NCBI RefSeq assembly: GCF_963853765.1
Contig: NC_088859.1
Span: 37,138,001-37,202,000, forward strand
DNA: 64,000 bases
Source: Magallana gigas
Taxonomy: Eukaryota
Direction of reading: 5' to 3'
The notes below the pieces were generated by a model. The model was given only the letters and a program-made list of their open reading frames with translations, was not told the origin of the DNA and ran no database searches. Every line of letters starts with the position of its first letter. The stretch's first letter is position 1. This document shows positions 52,883 to 64,000 of this stretch, piece by piece. Position numbers and translations under genes: made by a program.

Positions 52883-54005
52883 TCAAAGGGATATAGCATA
52901 CAACCATATTGAAAGCTGATTTTTTTCTCGCAACAAATAGTTTTGTTAAAATTCACATATTTGGTTTTTGTTATTGTACTGATATATAAACTGTACATAT
53001 GTTAAATAAGCGAAAAAATGCAGTTTGGGGTAAAAAATGAATTTCAAAACAAATTCAATAAGACAATTTAGTAAGAAACAACAAAAGGCCTTGGGGGAAT
53101 CAAACTCAACTTTATTATAAAATTACCTTATTTTCCACCTTAAAACTGAACATTACGTTTAAATAGGTACGGTCACACAGATTTATAACCCCTTTGATTT
53201 TGTTGCTTTCGATTGCACACCTGAAACTCGTGTTGTATAACGTCTAGTTAAACCAAACGCTTTGTCTACGCAACGAAGCTTTGCTCAAAGATAGCGTGTG
53301 GTTGAACGGGAAAATCATAAAAATTAATTTTAAAAAATGATAAAATATATTTGGAAAATAGATAGTATTCTTTGCATGTTATTCATTTAAAAAACTGATG
53401 CTGATGGACACAACTCTGTTCATATATATAAAAAAAAACAACAACAACCAAACAAACCAAAGAAAACACCTTTTTTTAAATGCAATTTGGTTTAGAAAAC
53501 TAAACAGTTAAATGATATGAAAGTAAAAAAATGGTTATGGAGCTATCAGTAACCTTTAATTTAAAACCAAACGTTTTGTCTACGCAACGCAGCTTTGATC
53601 AATGTAATGGACTAGTTTTACAATATTGTTGCCCTATTATATGCATTTATGTCGTAACACTATGTATAATAAAGATAATGGTTTTGATTTTTAAGATCGT
53701 TCAAAAAGAGACGCCGATGGTCCATTAATATCTAAATTGGTAAGTATATCAAAGGAAATTCGTATCCTAGTGTTGGATTTAGAAAATTGATACACAAGAC
53801 CAAAAGATAATATTCTTTAATCTTAGATTGATAAGTTTATGAAGTTTCTTATCATTTTAAGCGAAAACGAAGTCAACGATTTACCAAAGCTCTGCAAAAT
53901 CTGAATAAAGAAGAAGACATTCCTCACATAAAGCGGAATTCAAGTTTAATCAAAAGATTGCCTTCGGACTTTTTCGACGTCGCGAAGGGTCTATTCAAAC
54001 GTTAA
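49671..54005 (+). CDS. Short BCAP/BANK1/Dof-like TIR + DBB protein, copy 1 (about 381 aa, no ankyrin repeats)
   Basis: In-frame exons: A 49671-50126, B 50208-50337, C 50638-50898, D 51018-51070, E 51174-51231, F 53696-53739, G 53862-54005. Exon A has a TIR-like beta/alpha pattern (VFLLYAKDG, LLVLFLTPEML, YKNWQ). Exons A-end/B/C align by eye to the BCAP DBB region (LYPDDVWEDKQTVFI vs VQPDRIRCGAETTVYV; WVNPYTF vs VENEYTI). Confidence 0.7.
51545..51705 (+). pseudogene. Dead duplicate of the exon C acceptor region of TIR-DBB copy 1
   Basis: TTTTTCTGTTAATCTTTGAACTCTTTGCCG-ATTGTAGGGATT...TCAGCATA parallels 50609-50661, with the acceptor CAG changed to CCG. Confidence 0.6.
51756..52427. mobile_element. 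Non-autonomous element carrying a 144-bp terminal palindrome with a GCGAAGC apex (Crypton-like?)
   Basis: Palindrome 51756-51899 has its apex at 51824-51830. A second small palindrome CCGGTCAATAT..ATATTGACCGG lies near 52306-52335. The right boundary and family are inferred. Confidence 0.5.
52438..52802. mobile_element. Second non-autonomous element with a 153-bp palindrome and GCGAAGC apex
   Basis: Palindrome 52438-52590 has its apex at 52509-52515. Its arms are unrelated to the previous hairpin, and AGCCAATCA lies near the far end. Confidence 0.5.
52803..52880. repeat. (TA)n microsatellite
   Basis: Directly visible. Confidence 0.95.
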
Positions 54006-55318
54006 ATATCATTTTTTTCTTATATACTATAAAAAGAGTATGAAAATGATAAGAAGTCAGACTAACTTTCTTTAAATTTTTTTAAATAATTGCTTTATAT
54101 GGAGCTTATACAATATACTTTTTATTTCTGAATGACAAAAACATAGCTCTAACTGTATGTATTCTTATAATAATGAAGCTATTGTCATGCTGAGGAATGT
54201 ATATACTGCATGCTGGAAACGATGAAAAGTGGGAGTCTTGGAATAATGACCGGGTCCTTTTTTCCTTAAAAAATGACCGCTGTCATTTTAGGCATGTTTG
54301 GTCCTTTATCGACCGTAATGACGAAATTATTATTTTGATTATTTTATCGTAGATAGAATATATATAATTGTTAGAATATTTCCTTTCTTTTGATTTTTAA
54401 ATGATTAGAATAGATTGTTGCGGAATTGTCCGAATGATTTTGAAGATTTTGTAAATAAACTAAACTACATGTATGTATTTGTGTATTTATTTTTTAAAAG
54501 GTGTGCATATTGCTGTTACAGTCATGGAATATTACATCATGATTGATTGATTAATTGATTGACAATCCAATATTTATCATGGTACATATATAAAATTCTA
54601 GTTATTCCAAAATGCAAAATTGATTTTAAAATGTTTTAAATAAATAAAATAGCATTTATCTTGTATCATAGATGCAGAAAAATGGAACATATTCTATTTA
54701 TCGGATATTTTGTATTCGTATTTAATTTAAAATGTTGGGCTACATGCTGCAGAAGTGCACTAAAGCTTTCAACGCAGGTCAGCAGTAGCGAACTAAGACA
54801 ACGTCTACTGAATTTAAATGTGAAGTCACAGACATTGTGCCACTGAATAAGCCAAGAGGAAACACTGTACCTTAGATAACTAGACTATTTCTGCAGCTTC
54901 ACATTTAAAACGAGCAAATCATCTTATGTACAAAGTTTTGTTTTAACTCCTTAATTGTTATTATCTGAGTTAAAAAAGAAGCTATGGTGATTCAATCAAC
55001 CAATTTTATATCATTGCCAATATCTTTTTTCTTTTTCTTTGTGTACACAAGACATTTAAAGTCCAATTAAGAACAGTAATGAATTTATGAATGATTTTTT
55101 ATAGTTCCTACCCTGCAACCCTGCTTTCCACAAAATTGGACTAAACATTTTACATTGCATGGGACACTAGATACAAGTTCTGTACTAGACTTGTATGAAT
55201 GTATTTAAAAAGAACTATTCTGTATGGGAAATGAGATTAGGGAATTTTGTATTGTTTGTTTGTTTATATGTTTGTTTGGGTTTTTGGTTGTTGCAAGAAT
55301 TGCCAAAATATCCAAATA

Positions 55319-55492
55319 CAGTAAAACACGTTTATAACGAAGTGCCAGGGACGGGTGATTTTACTTCGTTATAAGCGAAATTCGTTATATCTGTCAAGTT
55401 AACAACATATTTTATAGTCATGGGAAATGAAAATCACTTCGATGTAAGCGTCAATTTATTGTAAGCGTGTTCGCTATGACCATGTTTTACGG
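55319..55492. mobile_element. Tc1/mariner(pogo)-type MITE, 174 bp
   Basis: TA-CAGTAAAACACG...CATGTTTTACGG-TA. Confidence 0.7.
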
Positions 55493-56303
55493 TACCTTGC
55501 ACAGAAATTGATTATCTTACGCGGAAAGGGTGAAGAATGCCTTCCATGATCTTTCCATTCAGTGGAAAATGTATAGAAACTATCAATAATTCAAACCTGT
55601 GACCAAGTGTTTAGTAAAAACATTGCATAAAGACACGCTATTTGTTTAAACATGTTCTGGTATGCATTGATTTTACAGGGTTGTTTAGATAATGCATTTT
55701 GTTACATTTAAGTTGTCACATTTATGACTGCATTATGTAGTAAGCTATTTTAATGTTTGACTGTTTATTGACAAACTACTACACTATAATGACTGTTTCC
55801 GTAATCAGTCTATTTAGTGCTGAATTCATGGAAAACGATTTTTTAACAACCTTAATCAAATAACCTTTACCTTGGATTGCAGTTACATGTCCGGAATTAC
55901 GATTACCAACAAGGTCAGTTGTTATAACGTGTTTGCTGAATAATTGACGATAGTTTTATTTTTAAATATATGGACATATATTTCAAACAATCAAGCTTCT
56001 AAAGCCATTTTACAAAATGCATATTCATTCTTGTTTTAAAGCAAACCGTCACAGGCTCAAAAATGAAGTCTTTATCTATCGCGGAACGTTATTTCATCTA
56101 AAGTTATCTCTTCCGTAAAGCTGTTTTGATAAAATTTCTACTTCTTTCTAATCTTGACTTCTTTTGATATTTGCACATAACTGTAATTAAAAACTGTCAA
56201 CTGTCTTTACACTGCCAGTCGATGAAAATAAATTGATTGTTTATGATTTAGACACATGGATCTTTAAGCAGATTTTTTAAACGTTATATTTCAGAAAATC
56301 GTC

Positions 56304-58319
56304 ATGCTAGATTTTCCCATAGTTTCTCTCCTTTGTGCGCATGATGGAATTAACATTGCTAATACGGTCAAAAAAAGTTTAGAAAAAAATGAAACCAAGG
56401 TACTTATTGTTGACGTTTTGCAAATCAGTGAAGCACCTCCTTCCTCTGTACTGGTACTATTTTTAACCCCAGGGATGTTATCTGTGTTGAAATCATCACA
56501 TGCACCCGATCTGAACAGTGTATATAGCAGAAGCAAAACGTGTGCTTTGTTTTTTCATGAGACAATTGACTTCTATGGAGATTCGATTCAACAATTGTTG
56601 CAACAAACGATTCCTTCATTTACAAAATGGGGTTGTTTACCTACAGGAAAGAGAATTAGAGTTATCGTTTTAAAAATCATAGAACTCATTGACACAGTTG
56701 AAGAGGAACCAGATCAAGATGTTCCTGGTCTTGTGTGGGACTGTAAGCTTTATCCAGAGAGTGTATGGGAAGTGAGTTTGTAAAATCATTAATCTGTTAT
56801 TTTATGTTATTTGCTTCTATGTTTTGTAAAATGTATAATTAATTTGAGATTTCAGGACAAGCAGACTGTGTTCATATCCTTTAACTCCGAGAGAACACTT
56901 GAGGACAAGGTGACGGTTGACGTAGATCGGACCTTGTTTGAAGCCACCTGGGTTAATCCGTACACCTTTATGTTTCAGTATAAACATGGTAATTTTTTTT
57001 ATTTGTTTTCATCTTTAAAAACCTCTCAGACTTTACAACAAATCTTGGCAGTTTCAAACTGTTTAATACACTAGATGATATCCCGGGGAAGCGCGAGAAT
57101 GAACACTTTACACATAAATATGATTCAATACTTAAAATAATGAACTCTGTTGTTTTTTTTCATTTTTGTACATACTTTGTCCGAATGTTTTCTTAATTTC
57201 TATCTAAGCCTATTCTTTTAAATTGAAATAAAAACACAACTGCACGGCTGAATACTACGAGTAGTATTGCAGCTAACTGAAAAAAATAACAACTTTTCAA
57301 ACGCATGAGTGGGTATTTAGTTCGTCGTATCTCTATTGTTCTTTAAGTCAAATTTCTCTATTATTTTCACCACTGTCCTAAGAATTTCAGATAAAAAAAA
57401 ACTGTTTTGAATAACAACAACTGGGAAGGGGGCCACCCCCGTCCAAATATAACTTCTCCGTTTTATGCATAGACTGTTTATGATTTTCAAAATAATGTAT
57501 AAGGTTTACTACTCTACCAACATGTCGTTCTATGAAAAATATATAAAATTAAAAAACGCTAGTGAATGCATATTTTGTTCGATATTTTAAACCAAAATTG
57601 TTAGATACAAAGCATCTCGCACTACACTTTCCGCCATTTTATTAATCAACTTTTTTGTATTGACCAAAGATGTTCAATTCAAGGTATCTGCCAGTAATGC
57701 TTGATGAATCGTCTTATACTGTGTATTTGCCATGACGTTAATTAGTCAACCCGTGTTCTTGGTTACCACTCTTGATAGTTATATTCCATACTCTTGTCAT
57801 GTTGTAAATTTTGAATTTACTGGATGGGTGTAGATACAAAGTTGTCATGTTGTAAATTTTGTATTTACACTAACTCAGTAAATTCAAAATTTACAACATG
57901 ACACTCTCACCAGAGGACGCGCTACGCAAGCGTTCTATCCATCAAAACTAAAATCGCGCATTAAAAAGACAGATTGCCTGATTTTATTTATTCAACACTT
58001 GTCAAATTTTCACTTCTATGTTACTCTAAGTAAGATTCCAGTAACTAGAAACAATTGTCAGGTAAAATTCAATTATAGCTTACGAACATCATATGTCTCG
58101 TGTTGAAATACCAAAGATGTAAGCAGTAACTCTAGTGCAGGCATGTTTGAGTTTATTGGCAAAAGGTCGTAATTTATAAGTATAGATGTTATCTGTTTGA
58201 TCATTATGCATTATTAATATGCCTTTTAAATGTCATGAATATAATTATCTATACTATTTTATAATAATAGACTCGAATTGTTGGGCTTTAATATCAAGAA
58301 TTTGGAAGAGAACTGTCTT

Positions 58320-58402
<83 letters not shown>

Positions 58403-61400
58403 CATCATTGGCACTTATTACCAAGTTTTTTTTTCTCAATCAAGATTCGCTTATTAATAATCAACGAAAATTCCTGTAAACAAATCCGGAAACCTACCGT
58501 ATTTTTGGGATTTTACAATCTTGCGCATGCGCATTACATTTACGCTTAATCACGGGTGGCTCTTTAGTTTATATTTCCACAATATCACATCTGCATGGTA
58601 TACTCAGAAACGAAATTACAAATACGTGTAAATTTTCCTTGAAAATTTGTCATCTATTCTGTTTATCAAAGGAAATACGGGAGATGACTCTTAACTCATT
58701 AAATATGAAATTTTTCACATGAAAAATCCCGAGAGTTCCGAATGTCAACATGGTGTGTAAATTCGAAGCGAGTAAAAAAGTTGGTAAAAAAAGTGTTGAA
58801 TTCTTCATAAATTGGATTAAATGTTTTTTAGATGAAAGGTATTTACTGCCTCAAAATGGTTTGTTATGAATATTTAACTGTTATTTTCAATGCAGTTTTC
58901 TTGATTTTCTCCAAAATCGTTTCGGAGCGATTCTGCAATTTTTGGTACATTACGGGTATATGGGAGGCATTTTTACTGTGGTGAAGGCCAGTCTCGAGAC
59001 ACAGTTACATGTAGATTATTCTAACTAAGCAGAGTGTAGTGAAAAATTAATAGCATTATTGTAGGATTAAGCTTGGTTATGTAAATGTCAACAATACGGT
59101 GTGTCGAAGTTTCTATTTCGTAAACGTCCGATATAATTTGCAATATCAACCCGTGCACGCACGGGTCAAAGTCTAGTTTCAGTTATAAGTATACATGTAA
59201 TTATTATTGCTTCCTAAAGTAGGGCCAGTTATTATTGATGCAGGTTAGATACAACACTCGATATTTTCATAGATCGGAGAAACAGACATTTCTTATGAAA
59301 ATTTCCAAAAAGTTCCTATTGCTGTTAATAATGCTATTTAAAGGCGGTGGACACATATGAATGAGAATGTTTTTCATAAATACACAAATTATGTAACCGT
59401 GTATATGTTGTATGTATTCTTTATGATGAACTTAAAATCATAATCGCTTAACATTATTAACGTTACAATGGTTTTTCAATCCTTGGATTCTTTTTTATCA
59501 AGATGGAATCTCATTCGTTAGTAAAAAAGTTAATAAAATGATTTAGGACATCTATTTTTTTTTTTATATATCTGCACGCGTAAGTATGAATATATTTTTG
59601 CAGGCTGCAATGCAAATGGCCAGCGCTTGGTAACGGTTTTTGTAAACGGAGAATGCCTAGCCACTTCTATGATTTTCGTTAAAGACAGGAGCCAGATACT
59701 ATTAGGAGAAATCAACGACTCAGCTTCGCCACTTCATTTCTTAAAGGACATTGTACAATCTATCAAAGACACAGATAGCGAATTGCCTACTGAGAGCATA
59801 GATGTCAAACTACTGGAGGGCACCAAACAGTTTTTAAAAATGTTGGCTCAATTACCTGACTTTACAGATGGCAATAAAAGCGGTATGACTACTGTAAACC
59901 AACTTTTATTTGCGTGCGAGAAATTAGCGCGAGGTTCGCTAGAGCCTCGTCGTCGCGAATATATCTCGCCGCGAACCAGTCTTCATCGTATGGTTGTTAT
60001 AACAAAATACGGGTCTGGATAATGCTTCGTCGCGAACATTAGTCGTCGCGAACCAGTTTATTGGAAATAAATCGCGAAATAACGTCGCCGCGAATAAATG
60101 TTGGTTTACAGTATTGCTACCATAAAAAGAACGTTGGTGAATGACATGATTTGGAATGAATATGTGTCTTAATAAAGAAAGTAACGATAAAATTTGTAAC
60201 GTGTCATTTTGTTGTTGAGTCAGATAGTTCCCACAAACAGAAAATAAAGACTCTAGAGGAACCTACCTTGGAAGAAGATCTTTCTTATGTAAATACACTT
60301 TTTTAATAAATGTTTATTGAACAGAAAGAGTAACTCATATAAATTTTCCTCAATTTAAACAAAAAAAAAACAAGCAATGATTCTATGAAGTACATATGTA
60401 TTGAAATAACAGGTTATGGGGTTGTAAATTATCGTGATATAAACCAATCAGACAACAGTAAAGCCAAAGACTTTTACTACCTTTGACAGAGTACCGAGCC
60501 TGTCGTCCGAAGATCCAACAGTCAGGACATCAGAAATAGAAGAGAGATATCAATACCAGGTACTTTAATGCAACAGGAAAAACATTATACATTTTTTCGC
60601 AAACCAAGCACTTTAAAAATAGTTTTTCTCAAATATCACAGTTTTATGGGTGTGTGTGTTTTTGGTGGGTTTTTTTTTGGGGGGGGGGGTGTTTTTTTCT
60701 TCTTTTTTTTAATCTTTTTTTTTTTTGGTGGGGGGGGGGGGGTGTAATTTTCATGCTTTTTTCTTAGGGGTGATTTATAAAGTTTGTCAAACCAGAATTC
60801 CATACAGTCATTAAAAAGTCAAAAATTGTCATTTAATATTTAGAAAAATGCCTTAGAAATCAATTTTTGAAACTCCAATTGCAATCTAATTCAACTGCTG
60901 ATTTTCTATAAATCTAGAAGGTACTATATTTTTCGCTAATCAAGAAAATGTCAGTGGGGAACAGTCACGATTTCAGCAGGCTGATTTGAAATCTTAATAT
61001 TATATAATTATAATGTTTAGAATGGTTATTAGGTTGTTTTTAATGGTCAGTCCTGATTTGAGTGTCAAGCACACTAATTAATTTTATACTTACTACATGT
61101 AGCAATATTTTCATATTGCAACTTCTTAGACTGTTACAATCACAGCCCGTTAATTTATAATTTATAATTGAGAACTCTGTAAGCCTGGATGAGTTCCACA
61201 TCATTAATTATTGTTAAAGTCAAAGTTACTTGCCAGGATAAAACCCTGTTACAAAAACCTACCATTTTGACAATCGAGACTTGTTCGAAATGTATGTTTT
61301 GTATTGCGTTGTTAAACTAGATACTTATTATTTTAAGATTGTTCAAGAAAAGACGCCAACACTATATGTAAATCTACAGAGGTAAGTATACCAAATACCA

Positions 61401-62377
61401 ATTATTATGTGACGTATTTTTATGTGTTCATCTTTGCACATGACGTAGTAAGTTTATTTAGTCCTGAATTGGTGGAAAACTTTAAACAAATAACCTTCAC
61501 CTCGGATTGCTGCAACATTTCCGGAATTACTATTACCCACGAGGTCAGTTGTTATACAGCATTTGTTAAATTCAATTCTTTTTTGACCTTAGACACATGG
61601 ATCTTTAATCATTTAATTTATATCACAGGATATTTTTCAGAAAATCGTCATGCTAGATTTCCCCGTAATTTTTCTACTTTTTGCTCATGATGGCAAAAAG
61701 ATTGCCGATACAATCAAAAAAGGTTTAGAAAAAAACGAAATTACGGTGCATAGCGTTGATATTTCGCAAATCAGTGAAGCGTTCACTTCGTCTGCACTGG
61801 TACTATTTTTGACCCCGGGGATGTTATCTGTGTTGAAATCAGCACATGCACCAGATCTGAACAGTGCATATAACAAAAGCAGCACTTGTGCTTTATTCTT
61901 TCACGAGACAATCAACTTCACTGGAGATTCGGTCCAACAATTGTTAAAACAAACAATTCCTTCATTTCAAAAATGGAGTTGCTTTCCTACAGGAAATAGA
62001 GTTCTAACAATCGTTTTAAAAATCATAGAACTCCTTGATACAGTTGAGGAGGGACCAAATCAAGATGTTCCAGGTCTTGAGTCCGAATGCCAGCTTTATC
62101 CAGAGAGTGTGTGGAAGGTGAGTTTGTAAAAAGTTATTCAGGTTTTTCCGTTTCCAACGGGAGACCTTGTACTGCTTGTAATGGCTTTTCTTATAACACA
62201 ATTTTTCTTCTAGACGTGTTTCAAAATCTTAAGCTTGTTTAAAACTAATTTCATTCTATTTTTCAGAGTAAAGTGTAATAATAATAATTTTTAAAAATGA
62301 AATATTTACCTTCTAATCATATTATTAACAAATTTATTATAAAGTTATATAAATGTGAAATCAGATGTCAATTTGTG

Positions 62378-62426
<49 letters not shown>

Positions 62427-63493
62427 ATTGAAACGTAAATGACCATCCGCTATAGTTTTTGAAATGAGCAAAACGTTTGCTGGGCCCTATGAGCTCGTGA
62501 TTTGGTTCAATATATCACTGCTAAAGCATGTTAAAGCAAATGCTACATCGACCAGTTTCTGGTCTTTAAAAAGGATGAGGTTCTGAAAATGGGTGAGGGG
62601 TGAGGAGGAAAGTTATTTGAAAGAAGAATATGTATAGAATCGGAATTTTTATAAGAGGCATGAGAATTGGGAGGCCGTCTAAAGATGTTCAGGGCAGGCA
62701 AGCTTCCAGGATCTCATGAAAATTTGAGATATTCAAGATTCATTTATTAGTTTCAAACCAAAAGAGGACTTTTACGATCGTTATCTTAAAGATATTAGAA
62801 ATTAACATTTACGTCAGAATATAACTGTAATAATATGATGTTGTCTTATCAACATTAATATCGCAGAGGTTCTGAAATCACCTTCATACCATCGTCCATT
62901 CCTTAGTGTCAAATTCGTATTTTTCAGTACTTATCATATAATTTTAATGGCATTTAAAATCCATTAATTTAGGTATTCTTAAGGACTATATAGTATAGTA
63001 TAGGACTAGAGTTCTTTTTAATACAAAAGGATCAGCTGCCATCTTCTTAAACTACAAAATAAAATTTTTGCATAAAATTTATACCAAAGGGAATCAGCCT
63101 TCATGAATACTGACTTCAAAGGCATATAATGCAAAGAAATGTCTAATTGTAAATTTTGAATTTACTTGGTGGGAGAAAATACAAAATGTACAATTCTCAT
63201 GTTGTAAATTTTGCATTAGTACCCACCCAGTAAATTCAAAATTTTCAACTCGGAAAAAACATTCACAGGAACCACACATTACTTGATCACTGAGTTTTGC
63301 ACTAGCTTTATGATACTGGTTCTATGTTTTGTAAAATATACATTTAATTTGAAATTTTAGGACAGGCAGACTGTGTTCATATCCTTTAACTCCGAGAGAA
63401 CACTTGAGGACAAGGTGACGGTTGACGTAGATCAAACCTTGTTTGAGGCCAACTGGGTTAACCCTTACACCTTTATGTTTCAGTATAATCATG
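56304..63493 (+). CDS. Multi-module TIR-DBB protein (copies 2 and 3 apparently fused in frame); continues beyond the window
   Basis: In-frame exons: A2 56304(acceptor 56295)-56771, B2 56856-56988, C2 59604-59882, D2 60224-60288, E2 60490-60559, F2 61338-61381 (phase 0), A3 61641-62117 (phase 0 acceptor), B3 63361-63493. No terminal G-like exon is visible between F2 and A3. Confidence 0.65.
57790..57905. repeat. Small palindromic MITE-like element (copy 1)
   Basis: GTCATGTTGTAAATTTTGAATTTACTG ... CAGTAAATTCAAAATTTACAACATGAC, with an internal direct copy of the arm. Confidence 0.6.
58323..58398. repeat. (TA)n microsatellite
   Basis: Directly visible. Confidence 0.95.
59150..59176 (+). mobile_element. 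Helitron 3' terminus
   Basis: The hairpin CCCGTGC-AC-GCACGGG is followed 7 nt later by CTAG and then T, the canonical Helitron 3' end. Confidence 0.65.
59892..60111. mobile_element. Tc1/mariner-type MITE, 220 bp, in intron C2-D2
   Basis: TA-CTGTAAACCAAC...GTTGGTTTACAG-TA, with internal CGCGAA repeats. Confidence 0.78.
62382..62425. repeat. (CT)n microsatellite
   Basis: Directly visible. Confidence 0.95.
63145..63250. repeat. Small palindromic MITE-like element (copy 2)
   Basis: TTGTAAATTTTGAATTTAC ... CATGTTGTAAATTTTG ... CAGTAAATTCAAAATTTTCAAC, the same layout as 57790-57905. Confidence 0.55.
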
Positions 63494-64000
63494 GTAAGTT
63501 TTTGATCTGTTTTTATCATCCAGAACCTCAAGATCTTAGGTTTTCAAAGAAAACTGGCCTGTTGTAAACATTTTAAGGTGGTACAAAACAGAATAGCTAG
63601 ATTTTTCCTATGATTCAATTTTTATGAAATTTTTATATTTTTTTCTTTGGAATGAAATCTTTTAAAACGTAAAATTTGAAGGAAAAAAAATCAGACCTCA
63701 CAATTTTTGCCCACATTGCTTCAAACCTACTTGTACCATCTTCTTTCAGTAGAGTGTAAAATTGAAATAGTCATTGTTATAATTTTCTATGCCATTAAGT
63801 TATATTTCAAGATTTTACAAATATTTGTGCAGCTATTTAAACAGGAGACCTTCTTGTTACTTAAAAATACTGAATAAACTCTAACTGGTAACTTTAGATA
63901 ATTTCTCATGCGATATAATGTAAAACTAGTGCTTGTGAATAATCTTTTAAGACGAAAATTTGCAGCACTTAACGGTATCTAAAAAGAAAATGTATTATTC

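Noticed and set aside
52765-58401. ORFs with YIYIYI runs (52765-52998, 58219-58401)
   Set aside because: Translations of (TA)n microsatellites
59883-60022. C-terminal part of ORF 59627-60022
   Set aside because: It reads through the GTATGA donor at 59883 into a MITE, so it is not real coding sequence.
60660-60745. Alternating T- and G-homopolymer runs (possible G-quadruplex)
   Set aside because: Low-complexity intronic sequence that is prone to sequencing error, with no counterpart in the homologous intron of copy 1
1-64000. CRISPR arrays, rRNA or intact tRNA genes, prokaryotic operons
   Set aside because: None seen. The sequence is eukaryotic, and the tandem repeats lack unique spacers.

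Overview
AT-rich, intron-containing animal genomic DNA. Gene content and repeat types point to a bivalve mollusc, probably a Crassostrea/Magallana-type oyster (inference). In order, the window holds: (1) two divergent tandem paralogs of a small membrane-anchored or secreted protein family I do not recognise (1648-5701 and about 7997-10868, +); (2) a 30-exon VWA3A gene (14326-24240, +); (3) a 10-exon DNAAF5/HEATR2 gene (27203-32285, +); (4) an intronless QRFP-receptor-like class A GPCR (34975-36279, +); (5) a 4-exon UPF0489/C5orf22-like gene with an N-terminal membrane anchor (38061-40142, -); (6) a frameshifted, near full-length CR1/L2-group LINE with a 2A-like peptide (about 41530-46140, -), next to a 723-bp solo LTR with a 4-bp TSD; (7) a tandem array of short BCAP/BANK1/Dof-like TIR-DBB modules (49671 to the window end, +). 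In the array, module 1 looks like a stand-alone 381-aa gene, while modules 2 and 3 appear spliced in frame into one multi-module protein. MITEs, HINE/Helitron pieces, long palindromes with GCGAAGC apices and microsatellites are interspersed. I found no rRNA, intact tRNA or CRISPR array. All exon models were assembled by hand from GT/GC-AG sites and reading-frame continuity, without RNA evidence.
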